This document shows, piece by piece, positions 37,691-49,900 of a stretch of DNA of 64,000 nt. A program made the position numbers and the translations under genes. Source of the stretch: Eledone cirrhosa (taxonomy: Eukaryota); the NCBI GenBank assembly GCA_964016885.1, contig OZ024755.1, positions 42,966,001 to 43,030,000 on the forward strand, given 5' to 3'. The notes below the pieces were generated by a model. That model saw nothing but the letters and a program-made list of their open reading frames with translations, was not told the origin of the DNA and made no database searches. Numbering within the stretch: position 1 is the first letter of the stretch; each line of letters opens with the position of its first letter.

Positions 37691-40600
37691 AGGTGTGGAG
37701 GTGGTTATGGGCTGTGTGTGATGGTGAAGGTGTTGGGTGTGAAGGTGGTTATGGGCTGTGTGTGATGGTGAGGGTGTTGGGTGTGAAGGTGGTTATGGGC
37801 TGTGTGTGATGGTGAGGGTGTTGGGTGTGGAGGTGGTTATGGGCTGTGTGTGATGGTGAGGGTGCTGGGTGTGAAGGTGGTTATGGGCTGTGTGTGATGG
37901 TGAGGGTGCTGGGTGTGGAGGTGGTTATGGGCTGTGTGTGATGGTGAGGGTGTTGGGTGTGGAGGTGGTTATGAGCTGTGTGTGATGGTAAGGGTGTTGG
38001 GTGTGGAGGTGGTTATGGGCTGTGTGTGATGGTGAGGGTGCTGGGTGTGGAGGTGGTTATGGGCTGTGTGTGATGGTGAGGGTGTTGGGTGTGGAGGTGG
38101 TTATGGGCTGTGTGTGATGGTAAGGGTGTTGGGTGTGGAGGTGGTTATGGGCTGTGTGTGATGGTAAGGGTGTTGGGTGTGGAGGTGGTTATAGGCTGTG
38201 TGTGATGGTGAGGGTGTTGGGTGTCGAGGAGGTTATGGGCTGTGTGTGATGGTGAGGGTGATGGGTGTGGAGGTGGTTATGGTCTGTGTGTGATGGTAAG
38301 GGTGTTGGGTGTGGAGGTGGTTATGGGCTGAATGTGATGGTGAGGGTGTTGGGTGTGGAGGTGGTTATGGACTGTGAGTGATGGTGAGGTGTGTTGGGTG
38401 TGGAGGTGGTTATGGGCTGTGTGTGATGGTGAGGGTGTTGGGTGTAGAGGTGGTTATGTGCTGCGTGTGATGGTGAGGGTGCTGGGTGTGAAGGTGGTTA
38501 TGGGCTGTGTGTGATGGTAAGGGTGTTGGGTGTGCAGGTGGTTATGGGCTGTGTGTGATGGTGAGGGTGTTGGGTGTGGAGGTGGTTATGGGCTGTGTGT
38601 GATGGTGAGGGTGTTGGGTGTGGAGGTGGTTATGGGCTGTGTGTGATGGTGAGGGTGCTGGGTGTGGAGGTGGTTATGGGCTGTGTGTGATGGTGAGGGT
38701 GTTGGGTGTGGAGGTGGTTATGGGCTGTGTGTGATGGTGGGGGTGTTGGGTGTGGAGGTGGTTATGGGCTGTGTGTGATGGTGAGGGTGTGGGGTGTGGA
38801 GGTGGTTATGTGCTGTGTGTGATGGTGAGGGTGCTGGGTGTGGAGGTGGTTATGGGTTGTGTGTGATGGTGAGGGTGTTGGGTGTGAAGGTGGTTATGTG
38901 CTGTGTATGATGGTGGGGGTGTTGGGTGTGGAGGTGATTATGGGCTGTGTGTGATGGTGAGGGTGTGGAGGTGGTTATGGGCTGTGTGTGATGGTGAGGG
39001 TGTGGGGTGTGGAGGTGGTTATGTGCTGTGTGTGCTGGTGAGGGTGCTGGGTGTGGAGGTGGTTATGGGTTGTGTGTGATGGTGAGGGTGTTGGGTGTGA
39101 AGGTGGTTATGTGCTGTGTATGATGGTGGGGGTGTTGGGTGTGGAGCTGATTATGGGCTGTGTGTGAGGGTGCTGGGTGTGGAGGTGGTTATGGGTTGTG
39201 TGTGATGGTGAGGGTGTTGGGTGTGAAGGTGGTTATGTGCTGTGTATGATGGTGGGGGTGTTGGGTGTGGAGGTGGTTATGGGCTGTGTGTGATGGTGAG
39301 GGTGTTGGGTGTGAAGGTGGTTATGGGCTGTGTGTGATGGTGAGGGTGTTGGGTGTGGAGGTGGTTATGTGCTGTGTGTCATGGTGAGGGTGCTGGGTCT
39401 AGAGGTGGTTATGTGCTGTGTGTGATGGTGGGGGTGTTGGGTGTGGAGACTGTTATGGGCTGTGTGTGATGGTGAGGGTGTTGGGTGTGGAGGTGGTTAT
39501 GGGCTATGTGTGATGGTAAGGGTGTTGGGTGTGGAGGTGGTTATGGGCTGTGTGTGATGGTGAGGGTGTTGGGTGTGAAGGTGGTTATGGGCTGTGTGTG
39601 ATGGTGAGGGTGTTGGGTGTGGAGGTGGTTATGTGCTGTGTGTCATGGTGAGGGTGCTGGGTGTGAAGGTGGTTATGGGCTGTGTGTGATGGTGAGGGTG
39701 TTGGGTGTGGAGATGGTTATGGGCTGTGTGTGATGGTGAGGGTGTTGGGTGTGGAGGTGGTTATGGGCTATGTGTGATGGTAAGGGTGTTGGGTGTGGAG
39801 GTGGTTATGGGCTGTGTGTGATGGTGAGTGTGTTGGGTGTGGAGGTGGTTATGGGCTGTGTGTGATGGTAAGGGTGTTAGGTGTGGAGGTGGTTATGGGC
39901 TGTGTGTGATGGTGAGGGTGTTGGGTGTGGAGGTGGTTATGGGCTGTGTGTTATGGTGATGGTGCTGGGTGTGGAGTTGGTTATGGGCTGTGTGTGATGG
40001 TAAGGGTGTTGGGTGTGGAGGTGGTTATGGGCTGTGTGTGATGGTGAGGGTGTTGGGTGTGGAGGTGGTTATGAGCTGTGTGTGATGGTAAGGGTGTTGG
40101 GTGTGGAGGTGATTATGGGCTGTGTGTGATGGTGAGGGTGCTGGGTGTGGAGGTGGTTATGGGCTGTGTGTGATGGTGAGGGTGTTGGGTGTGGAGGTGG
40201 TTATGGGCTGTGTGTGATGGTAAGGGTGTTGGGTGTGGAGGTGGTTATGGTCTGTGTGTGATGGTAAGGGTGTTGGGTGTGGAGGTGGTTATGGGCTGTG
40301 TGTGATGGTGAGGGTGTTGGGTGTGGAGGTGGTAATGGGCTGTGTGTGATGGTGAGGGTGCTGGGTGTGGAGGTGGTTATGGGCTGTGTGTGATGTTAAG
40401 GGTGTTGGGTTTGGAGGTGGTTATGGGCTGTGTGTGATGGTGAGGGTGTTGGGTGTGGAGGTGGTTATGGGCTGTGTGTGATGGTGAGGGTGTTGGGTGT
40501 GGAGGTGGTTATGTGCTCTGTGTGATGGTGAGGGTGCTGGGTGTGAAGGTGGTTATGTGCTGTGTGTGATGGTGAGGGTGTTGGGTGTGGAGGTGGTTAT

Positions 40601-40954
40601 GGGCTGTGTGTGATGGTGAGGGTGTTGGGTGTGGAGGTAGTTATGGGCTGTGTGTGATGGTAAGGGTGTTGGGTGTGGAGGTGGTTATGGGCTGTGTGTG
40701 ATGGTGAGGGTGTTGGGTGTGGAGGTGGTAATGGGCTGTGTGTGATGGTGAGGGTGCTCGGTGTGGAGGTGGTTATGGGCTGTGTGTGATGTTAAGGGTG
40801 TTGGGTGTGGAGGTGGTTATGGGCTGTGTGTGATGGTGAGGGTGTTGGGTGTGGAGGTGGTTATGGGCTGTGTGTGATGGTGAGGGTGTTGGGTGTGGAG
40901 GTGGTTATGGGCTGTGTGTGATGGTGAGGGTGCTGGGTGTGAAGGTGGTTATGT

Positions 40955-43900
40955 GCTGTGTGTGATGGTGAGGGTGTTGGGTGTGGAGGTGGTTATGGGC
41001 TGTGTGTGATGGTGAGGGTGTTGGGTGTGGAGGTGGTTATGGGCTGTGTGTGATGGTGAGGGTGTTGGGTGTGGAGGTGGTTATGGGCTGTGTGTGATGG
41101 TGAGGGTGTTGGGTGTGGAGGTGGTTATGGGCTGTGTGTGATGGTGAGGGTGTTGGGTGTGGAGGTGGTTATGGGCTGTGTGTGATGGTGAGGGTGCTGG
41201 GTGTGAAGGTGGTTATGGGCTGTGTGTGATGGTGAAGGTGCTGGGTTTGGGGGTGGTTATGCGCTGTGTGTGATGGTGAGGGTGTTGGGTGTGGAGGTGG
41301 TTATGGGCTGTGTGTGATGGTGGGGGTGTTGGGTGTGGAGGTGGTTATGGGCTGTGTGATGGTGAGGGTGTTGGGTGTGAAGGTGGTTATGGGCTGTGTT
41401 ATGGTGAGGGTGTTAGGTGTGGAGGTGGTTATGGGCTGTGTGTGATGGTGAGGGTGCTGGGTGTGGAGGTGGTTATGGGCTGTGTGTGATGGTGAAGGTG
41501 TTAGGTGTGGAGGTGGTTATGGGCTGTGTGTGATGGTGAAGGTGTTGGGTGTGAAGGTGGTTATGGGCTGTGTGTGATGGTGAGGGTGTTGGGTGTGAAG
41601 GTGGTTATGGGCTGTGTGCGATGGTGAGGGTGTTAGGTGTGGAGGTGGTTATGGGCTGTGTGTGATGGTGAGGGTGTTGGGTGTGAAGGTGGTTATGGGC
41701 TGTGTGTGATGGTGAGGGTGTTGGGTGTGGAGGTGGTTATGGGCTGTGTGTGATGGTGAGGGTGTTGGGTGTGGAGGTGGTTATGGGCTGTGTGTGATGG
41801 TAAGGGTGTTGGGTGTGGAGGTGGTTATGGGCTGTGTGTGATGGTGAGGGTGTTGGGTGTGGAGGTGGTTATGGGCTGTGTGTGATGGTAAGGGTGTTGG
41901 GTGTGGAGGTGGTTATGGGCTGTGCGTGATGGTGAGGGTGTTGGGTGTGGAGGTGGTTATGGGCTGTGTGTGATGGTGAGGGTGTTGGGTGTGGAGGTGG
42001 TTATGGGCTGTGTGTGATGGTGAGGGTGTTGGGTGTGGAGGTGGTTATGGGCTGTGTGTGATGGTGAGGGTGTTGGGTGTGGAGGTGGTTATGGGCTGTG
42101 TGTGATGGTGTGGGTGTTGGGTGTGGAGGTGGTTATGGGCTGTGTGTGATGGTGAGGGTGTTGGGTGTGGAGGTGGTTATGGGCTGTGTGTGATGGTGAG
42201 GGTGTTGGGTGTGGAGGTGGTTATGGGCTGTGTGTGATGGTGAGGGTGCTGGGTGTGGAGGTGGTTATGTGCTGTGTGTGATGGTGAGGGTGCTGGGTGT
42301 GGAGGTGGTTATGGGCTGTGTGTGATGGTGAGGGTGCTGGGTGTGGAGGTGGTTATGGGCTGTGTGATGGTGAGGGTGCTGGGTGTGGAGGTGGTTATGG
42401 GCTGTGTGTGATGGTGAGGGTGTTGGGTGTGGAGGTGGTTATGGGCTGTGTGTGATGGTGAGGGTGCTGGGTGTGGAGGTGGTTATGGGCTGTGTGTGAT
42501 GGTGTTGGGTGTGGAGGTGGTTATGTGCTGTGTGTGATGGTGAGGGTGCTGGGTGTGGAGGTGGTTATGGGCTGTGTGTGATGATGTTGGGTGTGGAGGT
42601 GGTTATGTGCTGTGTGTGATGGTGGGGGTGTTGCGTGTGGAGGTGGTTATGGGCTGTGTGTGATGGTGAGGGTGCTGGGTGTGGAGGTGGTTATGGGCTG
42701 TGTGTGATGGTGAGGGTGTTGGGTGTGGAGGTGGTTATGGGCTGTGTGTGATGGTGAGGGTGCTGGGTGTGGAGTTGGTTATGGGCTGTGTGTGATGGTG
42801 AGGGTGCTGGGTGTGGAGGTGGTTATGGGCTGTGTGTGATGGTGAGGGTGTTGGGTGTGAAGGTGGTTATGGGCTGTGTGTGATGGTGAGGGTGTTGGGT
42901 GTGAAGGTGGTTATGGGCTGTGTGTGATGGTGAGGGTGCTGGGTGTGGAGGTGGTTATGGGCTGTGTGTGATGGTGAGGGTGTTATGTGTGGAGGTGGTT
43001 ATGGTCTGTGTGTGATGGTGAGGGTGCTGGGTGTGGAGGTGGTTATGGGCTGTGTGTGATGGTTAGGGTGTTGGGTGTGAAGGTGGTTATGGGCTGTGTG
43101 TGATGGTGAGGGTGTTGGGTGTGGAGGTGGTTATGGGCTGTGTGTGATGGTGAGGGTGTTGGGTGTAGAGCTGGTTATGGGCTGTGTGTGATGGTGAGGG
43201 TGTTGGGTGTGGAGGTGGTTATGGGCTGTGTGTGATGGTGAGGGTGTGGGTGTGGAGGTGGTTATGGGCTGTGTGTGATGGTGAGGGTGCTGGGTGTAAA
43301 GGTGGTTATGGGCTGTGTGTGATGGTGAGGGTGCTGGGTGTGGAGGTGGTTATGGGCTGTGTGTGATGGTGAGGGTGTTGGGTGTGGAGGTGGTTATGGG
43401 CTGTGTGTGATGGTGAGGTTGTTGGGTGTGGAGGTGGTTATGGGCTGTGTGTGATGGTGAGGGTGTTGGGTGTGGAGGTGGTTATGGGCTGTGTGTGATG
43501 GTGAGGGTGTTGGGTGTGGAGGTGGTTATGGGCTGTGTGTGATGGTGAGGGTGTTGGGTGTGGAGGTGGTTATATGCTGTGTGTGATGGTGAGGGTGCTG
43601 GGTGTGGAGGTGGTTATGGGCTGTGTGTGATGGTGAGGGTGTTGGGTGTGGAGGTGGTTATGGGCTGTGTGTGATGGTGAGGGTGTTGGGTGTGGAGGTG
43701 GTTATGGGCTGTGTGTGATGGTGAGGGTGTTGAGTGTGGAGGTGGTTATGGGCTGTGTGTGATGGTGAGGGTGCTGGGTGTGAAGGTGGTTATGGGCTGT
43801 GTGTGATGGTGAGGGTGCTGGGTGTGGAGGTGGTTATGGGCTGTGTGTGATGGTGAGGGTGTTGGGTGTGGAGGTGGTTATGGGCTGTGTGTGATGGTGA

Positions 43901-46900
43901 TGGAGCTGGGTGTGGAAGTGGTTATGGGCTGTGTGTGATGGTAAGGGTGTTGGGTGTGGAGGTGGTTATGGGCTGTGTGTGATGGTGAGGGTGTTGGGTG
44001 TGGAGGTGGTTATGAGCTGTGTGTGATGGTAAGGGTGTTGGGTGTGGAGGTGATTATGGGCTGTGTGTGATGGTGAGAGTGCTGGGTGTGGAGGTGGTTA
44101 TGGGCTGTGTGTGATGGTGAGGGTGTTGGGTGTGGAGGTGGTTATGGGCTGTGTGTGATGGTGAGGGTGTTGGGTGTGGAGGTGGTTATGGGCTGTGTGT
44201 GATGGTAAGGGTGTTGGGTGTGGAGGTGGTTATGGGCTGTGTGTGATGGTGAGGGTGTTGGGTGTGGAGGTGGTAATGGGCTGTGTGTGATGGTGAGGGT
44301 GCTGGGTGTGGAGGTGGTTATGGGCTGTGTGTCATGGTAAGGGTGTTGGGTGTGGAGGTGGTTATGGGCTGTGTGTGATGGTGAGGGTGTTGGGTGTGGA
44401 GGTGGTTATGGGCTGTGTGTGATGGTGAGGGTGTTGGGTGTGGAGGTGGTTATGTGCTGTGTGTGATGGTGAGGGTGCTGGGTGTGAAGGTGGTTATGGG
44501 CTGTGTGTGATGGTGAGGGTGTTGGGTGTGGAGGTGGTTATGGGCTGTGTGTGATGGTGAGGGTGCTGGGTGAGGAGGTGGTTATGGGCTGTGTGTGATG
44601 GTGTTGGGTGTGGAGGTGGTTATGTGCTGTGTGTGATGGTGAGGGTGCTGGGTGTGGAGGTGGTTATGGGCTGTGTGTGATGGTGTTGGGTGTGGAGGTG
44701 GTTATGTGCTGTGTGTGATGGTGGGGGTGTTGCGTGTGGAGGTGGTTATGGGCTGTGTGTGATGGTGAGGGTGCTGGGTGTGGAGGTGGTTATGGGCTGT
44801 GTGTGATGGTGAGGGTGTTAGGTGTGGAGGTGGTTATGGGCTGTGTGTGATGGTGAGGGTGCTGGGTGTGGAGGTGGTTATGGGCTGTGTGTGATGGTGT
44901 TGGGTGTGGAGGTGGTTATGTGCTGTGTGTGATGGTGGGGGTGTTGGGTGTGGAGGTGGTTATGGGCTGTGTGTGATGGTGAGGGTGCTGGGTGTGGGGG
45001 TGGTTATGTGCTGTGTGTGATGGTGAGGGTGTTGCGTGTGGAGGTGGTTATGGGCTGTATGTGATAGTGAGGGTGTTGGGTGTGAAGGTGGTTATGGGCT
45101 GTTTGTGATAGTGGGGGTGCTGGGTGTGGAGCTGGTTATGGGCTGTGTGTGATGGTGAGGGTGCTGGGTGTGGAGGTGGTTATGGGCTGTGTGTGATGGT
45201 GAGGGTGCTGGGTTTGGAGGTGGTTATGGGCTGTGTGTGATGGTGAGGGTGTTGGGTGTGGAGGTGGTTATGGGCTGTGTGTGATGGTGAGGGTGTTGGG
45301 TGTGGAGGTGGTTATGGGCTGTGTGTGATGGTGAGGGTGTTGGGTGTGGAGGTGGTTATGGGCTGTGTGTGATGGTGAGGGTGTTGGGTGTGGAGGTGGT
45401 TATGGGCTGTGTGTGATGGTGAGGGTGTTGGGTGTGGAGGTGGTTATGGGCTGTGTGTGATGGTGAGGGTGCTGGGTGTGAAGGTGGTTATGGGCTGTGT
45501 GTGATGGTGAAGGTGCTGGGTTTGGGGGTGGTTATGCGCTGTGTGTGATGGTGAGGGTGTTGGGTGTGGAGGTGGTTATGGGCTGTGTGTGATGGTGGGG
45601 GTGTTGGGTGTGGAGGTGGTTATGGGCTGTGTGATGGTGAGGGTGTTGGGTGTGAAGGTGGTTATGGGCTGTGTTATGGTGAGGGTGTTAGGTGTGGAGG
45701 TGGTTATGGGCTGTGTGTGATGGTGAGGGTGCTGGGTGTGGAGGTGGTTATGGGCTGTGTGTGATGGTGAAGGTGTTAGGTGTGGAGGTGGTTATGGGCT
45801 GTGTGTGATGGTGAAGGTGTTGGGTGTGAAGGTGGTTATGGGCTGTGTGTGATGGTGAGGGTGTTGGGTGTGAAGGTGGTTATGGGCTGTGTGCGATGGT
45901 GAGGGTGTTAGGTGTGGAGGTGGTTATGGGCTGTGTGTGATGGTGAGGGTGTTGGGTGTGAAGGTGGTTATGGGCTGTGTGTGATGGTGAGGGTGTTGGG
46001 TGTGGAGGTGGTTATGGGCTGTGTGTGATGGTGAGGGTGTTGGGTGTGGAGGTGGTTATGGGCTGTGTGTGATGGTAAGGGTGTTGGGTGTGGAGGTGGT
46101 TATGGGCTGTGTGTGATGGTGAGGGTGTTGGGTGTGGAGGTGGTTATGGGCTGTGTGTGATGGTAAGGGTGTTGGGTGTGGAGGTGGTTATGGGCTGTGT
46201 GTGATGGTGAGGGTGTTGGGTGTGGAGGTGGTTATGGGCTGTGTGTGATGGTGAGGATGTTGGGTGTGGAGGTGGTTATGGGCTGTGTGTGATGGTGAGG
46301 GTGTTGGGTGTGGAGGTGGTTATGGGCTGTGTGTGATGGTGAGGGTGTTGGGTGTGGAGGTGGTTATGGGCTGTGTGTGATGGTGTGGGTGTTGGGTGTG
46401 GAGGTGGTTATGGGCTGTGTGTGATGGTGAGGGTGTTGGGTGTGGAGGTGGTTATGGGCTGTGTGTGATGGTGAGGGTGTTGGGTGTGGAGGTGGTTATG
46501 GGCTGTGTGTGATGGTGAGGGTGCTGGGTGTGGAGGTGGTTATGTGCTGTGTGTGATGGTGAGGGTGCTGGGTGTGGAGGTGGTTATGGGCTGTGTGTGA
46601 TGGTGAGGGTGCTGGGTGTGGAGGTGGTTATGGGCTGTGTGATGGTGAGGGTGCTGGGTGTGGAGGTGGTTATGGGCTGTGTGTGATGGTGAGGGTGTTG
46701 GGTGTGGAGGTGGTTATGGGCTGTGTGTGATGGTGAGGGTGCTGGGTGTGGAGGTGGTTATGGGCTGTGTGTGATGGTGTTGGGTGTGGAGGTGGTTATG
46801 TGCTGTGTGTGATGGTGAGGGTGCTGGGTGTGGAGGTGGTTATGGGCTGTGTGTGATGATGTTGGGTGTGGAGGTGGTTATGTGCTGTGTGTGATGGTGG

Positions 46901-49900
46901 GGGTGTTGCGTGTGGAGGTGGTTATGGGCTGTGTGTGATGGTGAGGGTGCTGGGTGTGGAGGTGGTTATGGGCTGTGTGTGATGGTGAGGGTGTTGGGTG
47001 TGGAGGTGGTTATGGGCTGTGTGTGATGGTGAGGGTGCTGGGTGTGGAGTTGGTTATGGGCTGTGTGTGATGGTGAGGGTGCTGGGTGTGGAGGTGGTTA
47101 TGGGCTGTGTGTGATGGTGAGGGTGTTGGGTGTGAAGGTGGTTATGGGCTGTGTGTGATGGTGAGGGTGTTGGGTGTGAAGGTGGTTATGGACTGTGTGT
47201 GATGGTGAGGGTGCTGGGTGTGGAGGTGGTTATGGGCTGTGTGTGATGGTGAGGGTGTTATGTGTGGAGGTGGTTATGGGCTGTGTGTGATGGTGAGGGT
47301 GCTGGGTGTGGAGGTGGTTATGGGCTGTGTGTGATGGTTAGGGTGTTGGGTGTGAAGGTGGTTATGGGCTGTGTGTGATGGTGAGGGTGTTGGGTGTGGA
47401 GGTGGTTATGGGCTGTGTGTGATGGTGAGGGTGTTGGGTGTAGAGCTGGTTATGGGCTGTGTGTGATGGTGAGGGTGTTGGGTGTGGAGGTGGTTATGGG
47501 CTGTGTGTGATGGTGAGGGTGTGGGTGTGGAGGTGGTTATGGGCTGTGTGTGATGGTGAGGGTGCTGGGTGTAAAGGTGGTTATGGGCTGTGTGTGATGG
47601 TGAGGGTGCTGGGTGTGGAGGTGGTTATGGGCTGTGTGTGATGGTGAGGGTGTTGGGTGTGGAGGTGGTTATGGGCTGTGTGTGATGGTGAGGTTGTTGG
47701 GTGTGGAGGTGGTTATGGGCTGTGTGTGATGGTGAGGGTGTTGGGTGTGGAGGTGGTTATGGGCTGTGTGTGATGGTGAGGGTGTTGGGTGTGGAGGTGG
47801 TTATGGGCTGTGTGTGATGGTGAGGGTGTTGGGTGTGGAGGTGGTTATATGCTGTGTGTGATGGTGAGGGTGCTGGGTGTGGAGGTGGTTATGGGCTGTG
47901 TGTGATGGTGAGGGTGTTGGGTGTGGAGGTGGTTATGGGCTGTGTGTGATGGTGAGGGTGTTGGGTGTGGAGGTGGTTATGGGCTGTGTGTGATGGTGAG
48001 GGTGTTGAGTGTGGAGGTGGTTATGGGCTGTGTGTGATGGTGAGGGTGCTGGGTGTGAAGGTGGTTATGGGCTGTGTGTGATGGTGAGGGTGCTGGGTGT
48101 GGAGGTGGTTATGGGCTGTGTGTGATGGTGAGGGTGTTGGGTGTGGAGGTGGTTATGGGCTGTGTGTGATGGTGATGGTGCTGGGTGTGGAAGTGGTTAT
48201 GGGCTGTGTGTGATGGTAAGGGTGTTGGGTGTGGAGGTGGTTATGGGCTGTGTGTGATGGTGAGGGTGTTGGGTGTGGAGGTGGTTATGAGCTGTGTGTG
48301 ATGGTAAGGGTGTTGGGTGTGGAGGTGATTATGGGCTGTGTGTGATGGTGAGAGTGCTGGGTGTGGAGGTGGTTATGGGCTGTGTGTGATGGTGAGGGTG
48401 TTGGGTGTGGAGGTGGTTATGGGCTGTGTGTGATGGTGAGGGTGTTGGGTGTGGAGGTGGTTATGGGCTGTGTGTGATGGTAAGGGTGTTGGGTGTGGAG
48501 GTGGTTATGGGCTGTGTGTGATGGTGAGGGTGTTGGGTGTGGAGGTGGTAATGGGCTGTGTGTGATGGTGAGGGTGCTGGGTGTGGAGGTGGTTATGGGC
48601 TGTGTGTCATGGTAAGGGTGTTGGGTGTGGAGGTGGTTATGGGCTGTGTGTGATGGTGAGGGTGTTGGGTGTGGAGGTGGTTATGGGCTGTGTGTGATGG
48701 TGAGGGTGTTGGGTGTGGAGGTGGTTATGTGCTGTGTGTGATGGTGAGGGTGCTGGGTGTGAAGGTGGTTATGGGCTGTGTGTGATGGTGAGGGTGTTGG
48801 GTGTGGAGGTGGTTATGGGCTGTGTGTGATGGTGAGGGTGCTGGGTGAGGAGGTGGTTATGGGCTGTGTGTGATGGTGTTGGGTGTGGAGGTGGTTATGT
48901 GCTGTGTGTGATGGTGAGGGTGCTGGGTGTGGAGGTGGTTATGGGCTGTGTGTGATGGTGTTGGGTGTGGAGGTGGTTATGTGCTGTGTGTGATGGTGGG
49001 GGTGTTGCGTGTGGAGGTGGTTATGGGCTGTGTGTGATGGTGAGGGTGCTGGGTGTGGAGGTGGTTATGGGCTGTGTGTGATGGTGAGGGTGTTAGGTGT
49101 GGAGGTGGTTATGGGCTGTGTGTGATGGTGAGGGTGCTGGGTGTGGAGGTGGTTATGGGCTGTGTGTGATGGTGTTGTGTGTGGAGGTGGTTATGTGCTG
49201 TGTGTGATGGTGGGGGTGTTGGGTGTGGAGGTGGTTATGGGCTGTGTGTGATGGTGAGGGTGCTGGGTGTGGGGGTGGTTATGTGCTGTGTGTGATGGTG
49301 AGGGTGTTGCGTGTGGAGGTGGTTATGGGCTGTATGTGATAGTGAGGGTGTTGGGTGTGAAGGTGGTTATGGGCTGTTTGTGATAGTGGGGGTGCTGGGT
49401 GTGGAGCTGTTTATGGGCTGTGTGTGATGGTGAGGGTGCTGGGTGTGGAGGTGGTTATGGGCTGTGTGTGATGGTGAGGGTGCTGGGTTTGGAGGTGGTT
49501 ATGGGCTGTGTGTGATGGTGAGGGTGTTGGGTGTGGAGGTGGTTATGGGCTGTGTGTGATGGTGAGGGTGCTGGGTGTAAAGGTGGTTATGGGCTGTGTG
49601 TGATGGTGAGGGTGTTGGGTGTGGAGGTGGTTATGGGCTGTGTGTGATGGTGAGGGTGTTGGGTGTGGAGGTGGTTATGGGCTGTGTGTGATGGTGTGGG
49701 TGTTGGGTGTGGAGGTGGTTATGGGCTGTGTGTGATGGTGAGGGTGTTGGGTGTGGAGGTGGTTATGGGCTGTGTGTGATGGTGAGGGTGTTGGGTGTGG
49801 AGGTGGTTATGGGCTGTGTGTGATGGTGAGGGTGCTGGGTGTGGAGGTGGTTATGTGCTGTGTGTGATGGTGAGGGTGCTGGGTGTGGAGGTGGTTATGG

